DNA of 64,000 nucleotides, from assembly GCA_023421135.1 (NCBI GenBank), contig JAEZUG010000026.1, forward strand, positions 1,155-65,154. The letters are read 5' to 3'. Position 1 is the stretch's first letter; each line of letters starts with the position of its first letter. Both the position numbers and the translations under genes were made by a program. Source of the stretch: Candidatus Cloacimonadota bacterium. Lineage in GTDB: Bacteria; Cloacimonadota; Cloacimonadia; Cloacimonadales; Cloacimonadaceae. Positions 46,900-57,269 of this stretch are shown piece by piece. Below the pieces are notes generated by a model, which did not search any database, had not been told where the DNA came from, and saw only the letters and a list, made by a program, of their open reading frames with translations.

Positions 46900-49524
46900 T
46901 TAAAGCTTGTTTTTTAGTTCTTGTAGGTATTGCCAGGCTTGGTTGGGGCTGAAATCGTCAAGTTCGAGCTCACGTATCTCTTTGAGCACAGCATTCTCTT
47001 CTTCAGCCTTGTCAACCAGTACTTCAAAAAGATCAATCTGTGGACTCTTCTGGCTTAATCGTTTGCGTATGGAAGCTGTCAGTCCCTGGGGACTGATCTC
47101 ATGCTCCTCGAGGTTTCTCAATATCTCTTTGGCGCGGCGAATCACTTTTTCAGGAACGCCTGCCAGCCTTGCTACCTGAATACCATAGCTTTGGTCAGCC
47201 CCGCCACGTTCAATCTTCCTGAGAAAGACCATCTGGTCGTTAAACTCTCTCACTGCTACGTTGTAGTTTCTGATGTCCGGATAGATGTTTTCCAGCTCGG
47301 TCAGTTCATGATAATGAGTAGCAAAGAGCGTGAGAGACTTCTTGAATTTCTGGATATGCTCTATGATAGACCAAGCCAGGCTCAGTCCATCAAATGTGGA
47401 GGTTCCTCTACCTATCTCATCCAGTAGGATAAGTGAGTCGGAAGTGGCGGAGTGTAGTATATTAGCTGTTTCGATCATCTCCACCAGGAAAGTACTTTGT
47501 CCCTGAGCGAGATTGTCTGAGGCTCCCACACGGGTAAAGACACGATCAAACACAGGTAGTTGCATGCTGGTTGCAGGCACATAGGAACCTATCTGAGCCA
47601 TGATCACCAGAAGTCCTACCTGTCTTAGGTAGGTAGATTTACCGGCCATATTTGGTCCAGTGATTATAGCTATTGAGGTTTCAGGGCTTCTGAGTTCCGT
47701 ATCATTGGGAATGAACTCATCACTGATGAGCTTTTCTATCACGGGATGGCGTCCATCTTGGATGACCAATTGCCGTTCTGCAGTAAAGCATGGTCTGCTA
47801 TATTTGTACTGCCAAGCTATGAAAGCCAAAGTGGAGTAGAGATCTATCTGGGCAAGCTGCTCACCCAGTTCCTGAAGAGCAGGAGTCTGGTTTGCCATCT
47901 CCACGCGGAAGTCTCTGAATAGCTCATACTCGAGGTTCTTGATCTTCTCTTCGGAGCTCAGCACTTTTGCTTCGTATTCTTTGAGTCTGGGAGAGATGTA
48001 ACGCTCGGCATTGGATAGAGTTTGTTTTGCTATATAGTAATCCGGGATCTTGTGCTTGTGTACCGAAGTAACTTCTATGTAATACCCAAACACCCTGTTG
48101 TAGCCAACTTTCAGGCTGGGTATCCCGGTCTTGGCTCGTTCATCTTCTTCTAGCTTGGCTATCCAGGTCTTACCATCGTGGATCAAGCTAAGAAGCTCAT
48201 CCAAATCCTCATTGTATCCTCTGAGGAAGATACCGCCATCAGAGATAGTGAGCGGAGGACTCTCTACAATAGATGCTTCTATCAGGCTGCTCAGAGGTTG
48301 AAAGCTCTCCAGAGTCTTTATCCAGGATGCAAAGAACGGACAATCAAACTGCCTTAAGTGTTTTGCCACTTCAGTTGCAGCACTAAGGAAGCCTCTGAGG
48401 GACTGCATCTCGCGAGGATTGATGCGCAAAGAAGATAGCCTGGAGACCAGCCTGGAGACGTCGCCCACATTCTTAAGTTGTTGTCTGAGATCCTTCAGGT
48501 ATGCCGTATTTGAAAGGAAGTACCCGACGTATTCCTGCCGGGTAACTATCTCCTCTGTATCGAGCAGGGGGTGCAACAGCCAGTTCTGTAGAAGCCTGGA
48601 ACCCATCGGTGTCTGGTTTTGATCCAGAACCGCTATCAGGCTGCCGTGACGGTTACCGTAGCGGATTGAGCGGAGCAGCTCCAGGTTTCTGCGGCTTATC
48701 TCGTCCAATTGCATGAATTGAGAGAGGGAGTAGTAAACCAGAGCTGAAATATGATCCAATGGTATCTTATACAGAGATTGGATATAGGCCAAAGCAGCGC
48801 CGGCAGCGGTTGCTCCACAGGTTTTATCGTGAGCACCATAGGCTTCCAGACTGCTTACTTTGAAGTGCCGTTTCAGAGTAGCTATCGCTTCTCCAGGCTG
48901 GAAACTCCAACTATCGAAGATAGTAATTGTGGGGTCATTATCCAGGCTGAATGAACGTATAAAGGCTTCAGACTGGCTGGAATTAACGATCAGTTCTGCA
49001 GGTCTGATACGTGATAGCTCATTAACCAGCTCAGTTTTCTTGAGCTCAGTGAAGATGAACTCTCCGGTGGAAATATCCAAAGCAGCAAAGCCGATTGTTT
49101 TGTCCGGGTCATCATAGTAGAGGGATGCCAGAAATACGTTTGCACTGTCACTGAGCAATTGATTATCAATTATTGTACCAGGAGTGATAATCTCAGTGAC
49201 TTCCCTTTTTACTATCCCCACAGCCTTCTTGGGATCTTCCACTTGCTCACAGATAGCAACTTTCAGACCGGCTTTTACCAGTTTATCCAGATAGTTATCA
49301 AGAGCTTGGTAGGGGAAGCCTGCCAGAGGCACTGGTTTCTCTTCGTTCTTACCTCTGGAAGTGAGAGTGATATTCAATACTTTGGCTGTAGTATAGGCAT
49401 CCTCAAAAAAGGTTTCGTAGAAATCTCCCATGCGGAAAAGCACCAACTTATCGGGATGTACTTGCTTCACCTCGAAGTACTGCTTGAGCATGGGGGTTAG
49501 TTTGGGGCTTGTTTCGGGTTTCAC
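46900..49524 (-). CDS. mutS: DNA mismatch repair protein MutS
   Basis: TPMLKQYFEVK, GFPY, GPNMAGKST, LLDEIGRGTST, THYHEL. GTG start. Confidence 0.95.
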   Translation of the reverse strand: MKPETSPKLTPMLKQYFEVKQVHPDKLVLFRMGDFYETFFEDAYTTAKVLNITLTSRGKNEEKPVPLAGFPYQALDNYLDKLVKAGLKVAICEQVEDPKKAVGIVKREVTEIITPGTIIDNQLLSDSANVFLASLYYDDPDKTIGFAALDISTGEFIFTELKKTELVNELSRIRPAELIVNSSQSEAFIRSFSLDNDPTITIFDSWSFQPGEAIATLKRHFKVSSLEAYGAHDKTCGATAAGAALAYIQSLYKIPLDHISALVYYSLSQFMQLDEISRRNLELLRSIRYGNRHGSLIAVLDQNQTPMGSRLLQNWLLHPLLDTEEIVTRQEYVGYFLSNTAYLKDLRQQLKNVGDVSRLVSRLSSLRINPREMQSLRGFLSAATEVAKHLRQFDCPFFASWIKTLESFQPLSSLIEASIVESPPLTISDGGIFLRGYNEDLDELLSLIHDGKTWIAKLEEDERAKTGIPSLKVGYNRVFGYYIEVTSVHKHKIPDYYIAKQTLSNAERYISPRLKEYEAKVLSSEEKIKNLEYELFRDFRVEMANQTPALQELGEQLAQIDLYSTLAFIAWQYKYSRPCFTAERQLVIQDGRHPVIEKLISDEFIPNDTELRSPETSIAIITGPNMAGKSTYLRQVGLLVIMAQIGSYVPATSMQLPVFDRVFTRVGASDNLAQGQSTFLVEMIETANILHSATSDSLILLDEIGRGTSTFDGLSLAWSIIEHIQKFKKSLTLFATHYHELTELENIYPDIRNYNVAVREFNDQMVFLRKIERGGADQSYGIQVARLAGVPEKVIRRAKEILRNLEEHEISPQGLTASIRKRLSQKSPQIDLFEVLVDKAEEENAVLKEIRELELDDFSPNQAWQYLQELKNKL

Positions 49525-49525
49525 T

Positions 49526-50677
49526 TCAATAACGTACTACAAAACAATCTATGTTGCTTGAAGCAAGTGTCTGTCGGGCTTGCTCAGACGCAGTTGTGGA
49601 ATCGAAAGGACCACTCATGACAACCCAGGTTGCTCTTCCTCCCTGCTGTTCTTCAAAATAGCTGCAAGGCATATTCCGAGCTCTGATCTCATTTGCCCGG
49701 GAGATAGCATTTGCCTCAACTGAAAAACGGCCAGCTTGAAGGAAGATACCACGATTAGGACGTCCTGATATCCTCAGAGGAGAGTTTTGGATAGCCGGAT
49801 CGGGCGTGTTTCCTGGTGGATTTGTGACAACCGGAGCAGATGAACTGGTGGCGGTGCTATCTTCTATCACTGTATATGGATAGAGGAAGCTGATATCAAG
49901 GCTGGAGCCAACTCTTGCCCGCATGGCAAATAGACGATCTTCCACCATATAGGCTGTCTGAGTAAATTTGTTCATCTCATAAGCCCGCTGATAGGAGTTT
50001 AGAGCATCCCTGGTAGAACCGGAGCGTTCCTGAGCGTATCCCAGGCGATAATAGAAGTACTGTTCATCTGTGGGATAGGAGCTAATGCCTCTGAGACGAT
50101 TCAAAGTGCTCACGGAATTACTGTGTCGGTTTTGTTGTGATTGAGCATCCGCAAGCAAGTAGTAGGCTGGCTCAAAATAGTCACCACTACTGCCTTGCCT
50201 GATGTAATTCTCTGCAAAACCAGCAGATTCCTCATACTCTTCGAGCTGAAAAGCACAGACTGCCTGCCAATAGAGCCTTTCTTGAATATCGGGATGTGTT
50301 ATCCTGCGCAAGAGGGCTTTGGCGCTGGCAAGGTCATGCTCCAAAATCTGGCTCTTTGCAACCTCCAGCATACTCAACTGGCCATGATAGGTAGAAGGAT
50401 AACGGCTGATATTCTGTTGATGCAGACTAGTGGACTCTGTCATTGCTGCTTTGAGCATTGCTCCGTAATGGAGAATGAAAGCCCGCTCTTCGTCACTGTT
50501 TGCCTGTAATCTGAGAATCTGCTCTGCAACGTTGTCTATCTGACCTCTACGATACTGATTTGCCAGGTTCGCAAAGTCCCGCCGCAGCTCCACAGCATGT
50601 AATGTAAAAGCAGATAGCATTGCAGCCATCAATAAAGCCTTGCCCAAAATGCCGCAGGAAAGCTTTTCTATACTCAC
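49526..50677 (-). CDS. TPR-repeat protein with C-terminal SPOR domain
   Basis: Signal/TM at the N-terminus. C-terminal IFLQAGRFSVEANA...ATWVVMSGPFDSTTASEQARQTL matches the SPOR fold pattern. Confidence 0.65.
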   Translation of the reverse strand: MSIEKLSCGILGKALLMAAMLSAFTLHAVELRRDFANLANQYRRGQIDNVAEQILRLQANSDEERAFILHYGAMLKAAMTESTSLHQQNISRYPSTYHGQLSMLEVAKSQILEHDLASAKALLRRITHPDIQERLYWQAVCAFQLEEYEESAGFAENYIRQGSSGDYFEPAYYLLADAQSQQNRHSNSVSTLNRLRGISSYPTDEQYFYYRLGYAQERSGSTRDALNSYQRAYEMNKFTQTAYMVEDRLFAMRARVGSSLDISFLYPYTVIEDSTATSSSAPVVTNPPGNTPDPAIQNSPLRISGRPNRGIFLQAGRFSVEANAISRANEIRARNMPCSYFEEQQGGRATWVVMSGPFDSTTASEQARQTLASSNIDCFVVRY

Positions 50678-50691
50678 TCGCTTCTCTTCTA

Positions 50692-51951
50692 TTAGTTACT
50701 CATAGAGTTTAAGAGGTCTGTATTGGTCTCGGTCGATTGCATTTTCTTACGCAGCGTTTCGATACCCTGGATTGGGCTGATGGTCTTGAGATACTTCCGC
50801 AGCACATACATGCGGTTAAGTTCATTCTGAGTAAGCAGAAGCTCTTCACGACGTGTACCGGATTTTACCAAGTCTATAGCGGGATAGAGGCGCATATCAG
50901 AGATACTGCGATCCAGCACCAGCTCCATATTACCCGTGCCCTTGAATTCTTCAAAGATCACCTGATCCATCTTGGAGCCCGTATCTATCAGGGCTGTAGC
51001 GATGATAGTGAGACTGCCGGCTTCTTCTGTGTTACGAGCAGCTCCAAAGAACTTCTTGGGTTTGATAAGTCCATTGGCGTCCACACCACCAGATAGAACC
51101 TTTCCGCTGGAAGGGGTAACGTTGTTATAGGCTCTGGCCAGACGTGTAATACTATCCAGCACGATCACCACATCTTGTCCCAGCTCTATCATACGCTTGG
51201 CTTTCTCCAGCACCATTTCGCTTACAGCAGTATGGTTCTTGGGAGATTCATCAAAGGTAGAGCTGACCACTTCTCTTTTTCCGGGCTTGAGGATCTTTTT
51301 CATCTCTGTCACTTCTTCGGGGCGTTCATCTACTAGCAAGACAATCAAGTTGACTTCCGGATGATTGGATAAAATGGCATTGGCGATATCCTGAAGCAGA
51401 ATGGTCTTACCGGTTCTGGGGGCGGCTACGATCAGGCCACGCTGGCCTTTACCGATGGGGGTGAAGAGGTTTACCACACGGGTAGAATAGTTCTTGGGAT
51501 CAAACTCCAGATTCAAACGCTCGGTGGGATAGTAGGGGGTGAGTTCGTCAAACAGCCTGCGATCTTGCATACAATTGGGGGGAAGGCTGTTAATGGATTC
51601 CACGCGCAACAGAGCGTAATATTTTTCCCCTTCTTTGGGTGAACGGGCGGGTCCTGAGACCATGTGCCCCGTCTTCAGCCCAAATCTGCGAACTTGAGTG
51701 AGCGAGACATAGACGTCGTCTCTGCCGGGGTTGTAATTATTGGAGGCAAAGCGCAGAAATCCAAAGCCATCATCCATTATCTCCAGGCATCCTGTAACGA
51801 AGGTAAGCCCTTCCTGGCTGGCCTGGAATTCCAACATTTTAAAGATCAGGTCTATACCCTGAAGCTGCGTATATCCCGGTACTCCGAGTTTCTTGGCGAG
51901 TTTGTTTAACTGCGCCGGAGTGAGTGAAAACAGATCGTCTTCTATAAGCAT
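50692..51951 (-). CDS. rho: transcription termination factor Rho
   Basis: Rho N-terminal and CSD (GFGFLR), Walker [25 protein letters not shown]. Start set at ATG 51951 with an AGGGAG RBS. Confidence 0.95.
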   Translation of the reverse strand: MLIEDDLFSLTPAQLNKLAKKLGVPGYTQLQGIDLIFKMLEFQASQEGLTFVTGCLEIMDDGFGFLRFASNNYNPGRDDVYVSLTQVRRFGLKTGHMVSGPARSPKEGEKYYALLRVESINSLPPNCMQDRRLFDELTPYYPTERLNLEFDPKNYSTRVVNLFTPIGKGQRGLIVAAPRTGKTILLQDIANAILSNHPEVNLIVLLVDERPEEVTEMKKILKPGKREVVSSTFDESPKNHTAVSEMVLEKAKRMIELGQDVVIVLDSITRLARAYNNVTPSSGKVLSGGVDANGLIKPKKFFGAARNTEEAGSLTIIATALIDTGSKMDQVIFEEFKGTGNMELVLDRSISDMRLYPAIDLVKSGTRREELLLTQNELNRMYVLRKYLKTISPIQGIETLRKKMQSTETNTDLLNSMSN

Positions 51952-51962
51952 TAATATCTCCC

Positions 51963-52679
51963 TTAAGATTTGTATCCCAATATCATCACGCGGCTCGCAC
52001 CGGCACATCCGATATTATTAATACGTTCAATGAGTTCATTTCCTTTATTTATCAATTCCGGAGAAGCCTCTGAGGCCTCCAGCCGCTTGATACTTTCTCT
52101 ACAATTGTTTAGCAGGGTCTCACAGTTCCGGTTCATCTTGGGGTTATCCACAGGAAGGTAGTAGTCAAAGACTTCGAGCTTCTTTAAGGGAAGCTTCTTG
52201 ATCATCTTCTGGATATCTTCCCGGGCATAGGTCTCCCGGTGAGAGATGCCAAACAGCCGGTCTATGGAAGCCAGCCAGTGATGCATCATGATATGCGTCT
52301 GCTGAGCTTCGGTTTGCTCCCCGTCTTTATACATCTCCGTCACAAGAAAGAGTCCACCAGGCTTGAGAACTCTCAATAACTCGACAAAGACCTTATCAGT
52401 ATTCTCCAGATGGTGCAGTGAATTGGCTATAGTCACCGTATCGAAATGATCACTCTCAAAAGACAGCTTTTCCAGATTCATACGATAAATCTCGATATCA
52501 TTCTCGGGAAAGACCTTTTGAGCATAGTTCACACTCTTCTCCGAGCTATCCACGCCAATGACTTGGGCATAGGAACGGAAGTCCGTCTTGATGACATTGA
52601 TAAATTCACCTTTGCCGGTTGCGGCATCCAAAGCAATGCCTGCATCTATCTGAGCTAATCTCTGATAAACGTCCTTCAT
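51963..52679 (-). CDS. class I SAM-dependent methyltransferase
   Basis: Motif I ALDAATGKGEF. IANSLHHL; LKPGGLFLV. Start is ATG 52679 (GAGG 9 nt upstream) or GTG 52694. Confidence 0.8.
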   Translation of the reverse strand: MKDVYQRLAQIDAGIALDAATGKGEFINVIKTDFRSYAQVIGVDSSEKSVNYAQKVFPENDIEIYRMNLEKLSFESDHFDTVTIANSLHHLENTDKVFVELLRVLKPGGLFLVTEMYKDGEQTEAQQTHIMMHHWLASIDRLFGISHRETYAREDIQKMIKKLPLKKLEVFDYYLPVDNPKMNRNCETLLNNCRESIKRLEASEASPELINKGNELIERINNIGCAGASRVMILGYKS

Positions 52680-52827
52680 GTGATTAAACCTCACTTGTGA
52701 TTGTGATTGAAGCGATAGATCGCTTTACCCATTTTGGACCTTTCCCATAGCTGGGAACGTCTCATGCATAACTGGTGTTAGTTTGGCAAATCCCTGCTTT
52801 TTCGTCAAGCCTTTTTTATCAGTACTT

Positions 52828-52940
52828 GTTTCCTTCCAGTTGCTCACTCTTTAGATTCCTTAACACTGCCATAGCGATCCCTTAGCGATCCCTTAACGAA
52901 AGCTAAAGAATCCCTTATCCTATAGTAAGTTATGGTTAAT
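52828..52940 (+). repeat. dispersed intergenic repeat, copy D (more degenerate)
   Basis: GTTTCCTTCC...CTCTTTAGATTCCTTAACACTGCCATAGCGATCCCTTAGCGATCCCTTAACGAAAGCTAAAGAATCCCTTATCCTATAGTAAGTTATGGTTAAT. Confidence 0.65.
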
Positions 52941-53053
52941 CTGTTTAATGAGAGAGCTATCAGTGTGCCTCTAGTGGCTCCAATGATAGGCTGGATCTGG
53001 CATAGATAGTGTATTCTACCTGCTTCCCGATCTTAAGGCAGGGCCTCTTAGAA

Positions 53054-53830
53054 CTAGTTTCGATACTCCAGCACTCTGCTCTTATTATCTGAGATAAACA
53101 GGTGTTCCCGGAGCTCTAAGGGCACCAGATCAGCATGATCTTCCAGATGGGAAAGATGATGTGCATCGGAGGCAATTGTGAACAGGCGTCCACCTAAGGA
53201 GAGATACTGCTCCAGGTAGTCCGGCTCTGGAATCACGGATTGATAGATCTTTCTGGCACAGGCATAGTTGATCTCCAGAGCAATCTCACGCTCTATCATA
53301 ACCGAAAATATCTCTTTTATAATATCCTGATGCCTGGGTTCTTCAGGTCTTTGGGTAAAGAATCGTTTATAGACACCCAGATGAGCCAGGGCATCGATCT
53401 TGCAGCTCTCGACCAGTTTTAGGTTGCTGCGGAAATACTCATCAAGATCGCAAGAACTGAGCTTCCTCTTGATGGGCACTGCCAGGTTGGTGTGATCTGA
53501 GAGAAAGTGTACTGATCCCAGCACTATATCAAAATCAAACTGATCCAGAATGGCTTGAGCGAAGCTATTGTGTTGCTGGAAGTCTCCCACTTCAATACCC
53601 TTTAGGATAATGAGTTCCGGGTTGTTCTGGATCAATACTTCGAGGCGTTTGAGGTAACGGGATAGGGAAGGGGTGCCAAAGTATCCCATCTCTTGTGGCA
53701 GCAGATCGTAATGCTCGGTGATGGCTATAAGGTCATACTTGTTTTGTTTGGCCCAAGTCAGCAGTTCAGCAGAACTGAGCCCGCTATCGTAACTATCTTC
53801 TGTGTGTATATGGTAGTCTGCCTTGATCAT
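53054..53830 (-). CDS. PHP-domain phosphoesterase (HisJ-family histidinol-phosphatase-like)
   Basis: DYHIHTEDSYD, ITEH, GSVH, SDAH metal-ligand pattern. Confidence 0.75.
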   Translation of the reverse strand: MIKADYHIHTEDSYDSGLSSAELLTWAKQNKYDLIAITEHYDLLPQEMGYFGTPSLSRYLKRLEVLIQNNPELIILKGIEVGDFQQHNSFAQAILDQFDFDIVLGSVHFLSDHTNLAVPIKRKLSSCDLDEYFRSNLKLVESCKIDALAHLGVYKRFFTQRPEEPRHQDIIKEIFSVMIEREIALEINYACARKIYQSVIPEPDYLEQYLSLGGRLFTIASDAHHLSHLEDHADLVPLELREHLFISDNKSRVLEYRN

Positions 53831-54597
53831 TTATCCGCCAATAATGCTGCGCCAATAGCTCCGGAGTATTCGGGCTGAGGGCAGGCTAACACTTTAGTGT
53901 CCAATATCTTCTCCAGGCACATCCCAAGATCGGCAGATCTGGCCAAACCTCCAGTGAAGATCACTGGTGCACGGCATGGGAGCGCAGCCATCTGGGAATG
54001 AATCCTGCGGGCAATAGAGAGATGAACTGCCCGGGCGATGTTTTCCGATGAGGCGTTTGCCGCCATCATGCCTATAATCTCGGATTCTGCAAAAACCACG
54101 CAGGTGCTGGATAGCATCAGGTCAATTGTGGCAGCCTGGGCAATTGTGGATAGTTCATTAATGTCAATTCCCAGACGGATCGCTGTCATCTCCAGGAAGC
54201 GACCAGTTCCAGCAGCACACTTATCATTCATCACAAAATCATCAATCTTGCCGGCAGGTGTGAGGCTGATAATCTTGGAATCTTGTCCGCCAATATCAAT
54301 CACTGTGGCTGCTTCAGCAAAGTGGAAGCGGACACCTGCTGCATGACAACTGATCTCCGAGAGTGTTTTCCCCGTGAGTTTGAACAGATGGCGCCCATAA
54401 CCTGTGGCACAGGAACTTGTTATCTGAGATTCTGGAACCCTGGATTCTTGCAGCATTCTGTTGTAGAGATCCTGGGCAGAATTGAGCGGGGAGACATCAG
54501 TGAGGCAGGAGCCCAGCCAAACCAGGCTGTTATTGTCTGAATTCAGCAGACAGAGCTTTGTATAACGGGATCCGATGTCTATACCATAATTATACAT
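53827..54597 (-). CDS. BadF/BadG/BcrA/BcrD-type ATPase (2-hydroxyacyl-CoA dehydratase activase-like)
   Basis: GIDIGSRYTK, DIGGQDSK, NDKCAAGTGRFLE, FTGGLA. Start set at ATG 54597, just after the upstream stop. Confidence 0.8.
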   Translation of the reverse strand: MYNYGIDIGSRYTKLCLLNSDNNSLVWLGSCLTDVSPLNSAQDLYNRMLQESRVPESQITSSCATGYGRHLFKLTGKTLSEISCHAAGVRFHFAEAATVIDIGGQDSKIISLTPAGKIDDFVMNDKCAAGTGRFLEMTAIRLGIDINELSTIAQAATIDLMLSSTCVVFAESEIIGMMAANASSENIARAVHLSIARRIHSQMAALPCRAPVIFTGGLARSADLGMCLEKILDTKVLACPQPEYSGAIGAALLADK

Positions 54598-54599
54598 AA

Positions 54600-57263
54600 T
54601 TATACCATGATGTAAGAGTATATGTTTTCTGGTTGCAGCCATTTGGCAGCAACTTCACGGAGGAGACCGGGACTGAGTTCTTTCAGACGTTGTTCCCTCT
54701 TGAAGAAATAGTCCGGAGCATAATTCAAAGCCCTCAGATTAGCAATGGCTGCTGCAGACCAGGACAGGCTTTCATAATCGAAGCGTTGCATTCCCAGGAG
54801 ATAGTTTCGACTCTGCTCCAGCTCCAACTCAGTTATCCCATTAAGGCACACATCACCAATAATTTCCTGCATCAGATGGAAGACAGCGTTGTGGTCTTCC
54901 GGTGCACAAAACGCAAAAGCTGTCCAGAAACCAAGATCATTCACGGAATTATAGTCCATCCCTGCTTGATAAGTGTAGGAATGCTTCTCGCGCAAGATGT
55001 TATAGAATCTGGAGGCGATGTCACCACCTATAGCGTGGCAGATCACCTGCATGGCTGTGTCGTGCAGATATTCTTGCCGATGAGGCAGCAAGACACCCAT
55101 GTGAATAATGGCCTGATCACTACCTCTCTTTTCTTTCAAAAAGTGTCTCTGGGCTGAGTGATAGACTGGGTTTGGAGAAAGTGGAGCCAAACCTGAGTTC
55201 TGTAAATGAGAAAAGCATGAATCAACAATCTGAGTAAGTTCTGCAGGATCGTAGTCGCCCACGATTGCCAAGGCAGAATCTCCGGGGTTTAGAATGTGTT
55301 GATGCCATGCCCGAAGCGCTTGCGGGTTTATTTGTTTTATCTGTGAGATGTTTCCACTGCTGCGATCCAAGTTTGAGCCGTTACCTGTGAGAAGCTTGAA
55401 CCAGCGATTAAAGGCATAAGTGCTGGGAACTTCTTTCTCTCTGCGGATGCTATCAATAGTGCTGTGTTTAAGAGTTCTTAGATATCCGGAATGAAAGACT
55501 GGCTCTCGGATTATCTCAGATAGTAGCTCCAAGGCTTTTTGCAGATCCGGATTGAAGCATTTGCCTCTCCAGGAACTGCAGTCCAGATGGTGCACAACTC
55601 TCAGATTCATGCCCAAAGCTCTGGAAAAATCCATAATGCGATCATGATTACGCTTCTTGGTTCCATAAAGCATGGCAGTGGTAGTGAAGAGATTTATACC
55701 CCGATTATCAGAACCCTCCATCAATTGACTGAGGGAGTTGGAATAGGCGAAACCAGTTAGTGTCCGTCCTCTGGTTCTATGAAAGACTACTCTCAGTCCA
55801 TTCTTCAGAGTGAAGTGATACACTTCTTTATCCTGCAGCCCGATACCATTAAGCTTGGAGAGGGCTATGGAGTTAACAGGAGCTAGGGGCTTTGCTTCCA
55901 GTAGATTATCATGTTTGGTTGAGATCCTTTTTATCGGGAGTATTGGAAGTTCTTCAAAGAATTCTTGCTTCAGAGACTTCAGAAAGTTCCAATTGCCTTT
56001 TCTATTTCCCAGATAATAGAGTGCCAGACTATCGAAAGTCCAGATTGGAGTGATCCTTTGGGAAATCTCTGCCGGAGTGATAGATTCTATCCTTTCACTA
56101 TAGTGGTACAACTGGCTATAAGAGCCCAGCAGCTCTTCAGAAGCCAAGCCGGAGGCAAACCCTTCCATAGTATCAAAACCAAAGAGCCAGCTATGTAGAA
56201 TATCACTACGGATCAGCTCAAAATCCTTGGAGCTGATCTGAAAGGCCAGAGCTCGGTGAAACTCCTCCTTGAAGATCTGCATGATCCGGGTGAAACTTGC
56301 TCCGGCCAGGGGAGAGATCAGGATGATGGTAATTCCAGACATCAATCCAGAAACCGAAAGAACCCGGATAGAAGAACAGAGCTTTTCCTTATCGATCAGT
56401 CTCCTATGCAGGAGTGAAGACTTCCCAATTGCCAGATAGCGCATGGCAAAGAGTAAATGCTCGCTATCTGGATGCAATTCACTTAGTTCCGGCAGAGTGA
56501 TAGCGACATACTCCAGATCGGTTGAAATTGGAGCTTTCTCTGCCTTAAAACCATTCTTTTCCGGCCACAGAAGTGATTCATTAGGAGGCAGCATTCTTTG
56601 AGATGATACACTGGGTTGCCAATCGGCAAACTCATGCTCCACCATGTTCCGGAGTTCTTCAGGAATAAAAGCACCAGTAGCTACCATGAAGCAATTGGTA
56701 GGATTGTAGTACTTCTGTTTACAAGCCATCACTTGCTCATGTGTAACTGCTTTAATACCGCAAACAGTACCAATAATTGGGTGCCGTAGGGGAGAGCTGA
56801 GAAAATAATCGTTCTGGATATATTCTGTAAAAGCGGATTCGGGATCTGTGTCGTATTGTCTGATCTCCTCCAGAACTATCTTCTTCTCCGCTTTCAAATC
56901 CTGAGCCGAGCTTTGGCTGCGTCGAACTAATTCAGCCAAAGCTTTCACAGCAACTCCCAAGCATTCTGAGGGTAGCAGCATGTAGTAGCAAGTGGAATCA
57001 AAATCTGTGTAAGCATTTACAGATATGCCCAGAGATGAAAGATAATCGGAGAGATCGTTGTCTGGGAAGGAAGAGGTTGATTTGAAACTAAGATGCTCTA
57101 GCAGATGTGAAAGGCCTCTTTCTGTGTCAGTTTCAAAAGCAGAGCCTATCCGCACTATAAGTTGTAAACAGATAATCTTGTTGTCATGATCCGGATAGAA
57201 GATATAGCGAAAACCGTTATCGAGTTCGCAGTGCTGAGCCTGCGGAAGTTTTATCTGTGGCAT
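54600..57263 (-). CDS. M16-family zinc peptidase (fused double-length, pitrilysin/insulinase-like)
   Basis: 887 aa. HLLEHLSFKS (HxxEH inverted zinc motif) in the first half and a second, inactive-looking M16 pair in the C-terminal half. Confidence 0.85.
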   Translation of the reverse strand: MPQIKLPQAQHCELDNGFRYIFYPDHDNKIICLQLIVRIGSAFETDTERGLSHLLEHLSFKSTSSFPDNDLSDYLSSLGISVNAYTDFDSTCYYMLLPSECLGVAVKALAELVRRSQSSAQDLKAEKKIVLEEIRQYDTDPESAFTEYIQNDYFLSSPLRHPIIGTVCGIKAVTHEQVMACKQKYYNPTNCFMVATGAFIPEELRNMVEHEFADWQPSVSSQRMLPPNESLLWPEKNGFKAEKAPISTDLEYVAITLPELSELHPDSEHLLFAMRYLAIGKSSLLHRRLIDKEKLCSSIRVLSVSGLMSGITIILISPLAGASFTRIMQIFKEEFHRALAFQISSKDFELIRSDILHSWLFGFDTMEGFASGLASEELLGSYSQLYHYSERIESITPAEISQRITPIWTFDSLALYYLGNRKGNWNFLKSLKQEFFEELPILPIKRISTKHDNLLEAKPLAPVNSIALSKLNGIGLQDKEVYHFTLKNGLRVVFHRTRGRTLTGFAYSNSLSQLMEGSDNRGINLFTTTAMLYGTKKRNHDRIMDFSRALGMNLRVVHHLDCSSWRGKCFNPDLQKALELLSEIIREPVFHSGYLRTLKHSTIDSIRREKEVPSTYAFNRWFKLLTGNGSNLDRSSGNISQIKQINPQALRAWHQHILNPGDSALAIVGDYDPAELTQIVDSCFSHLQNSGLAPLSPNPVYHSAQRHFLKEKRGSDQAIIHMGVLLPHRQEYLHDTAMQVICHAIGGDIASRFYNILREKHSYTYQAGMDYNSVNDLGFWTAFAFCAPEDHNAVFHLMQEIIGDVCLNGITELELEQSRNYLLGMQRFDYESLSWSAAAIANLRALNYAPDYFFKREQRLKELSPGLLREVAAKWLQPENIYSYIMV

Positions 57264-57269
57264 CAGGTG

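Noticed and set aside
50692-52008. Full-length track ORFs with N-terminal extensions: rho to 52008, activase to 54642, LpxL-like to 44072, psuG to 27927.
   Set aside because: In each case an internal ATG gives the family-typical N-terminus, has an RBS or a 4-nt stop/start overlap, and removes an otherwise long overlap with the upstream gene.
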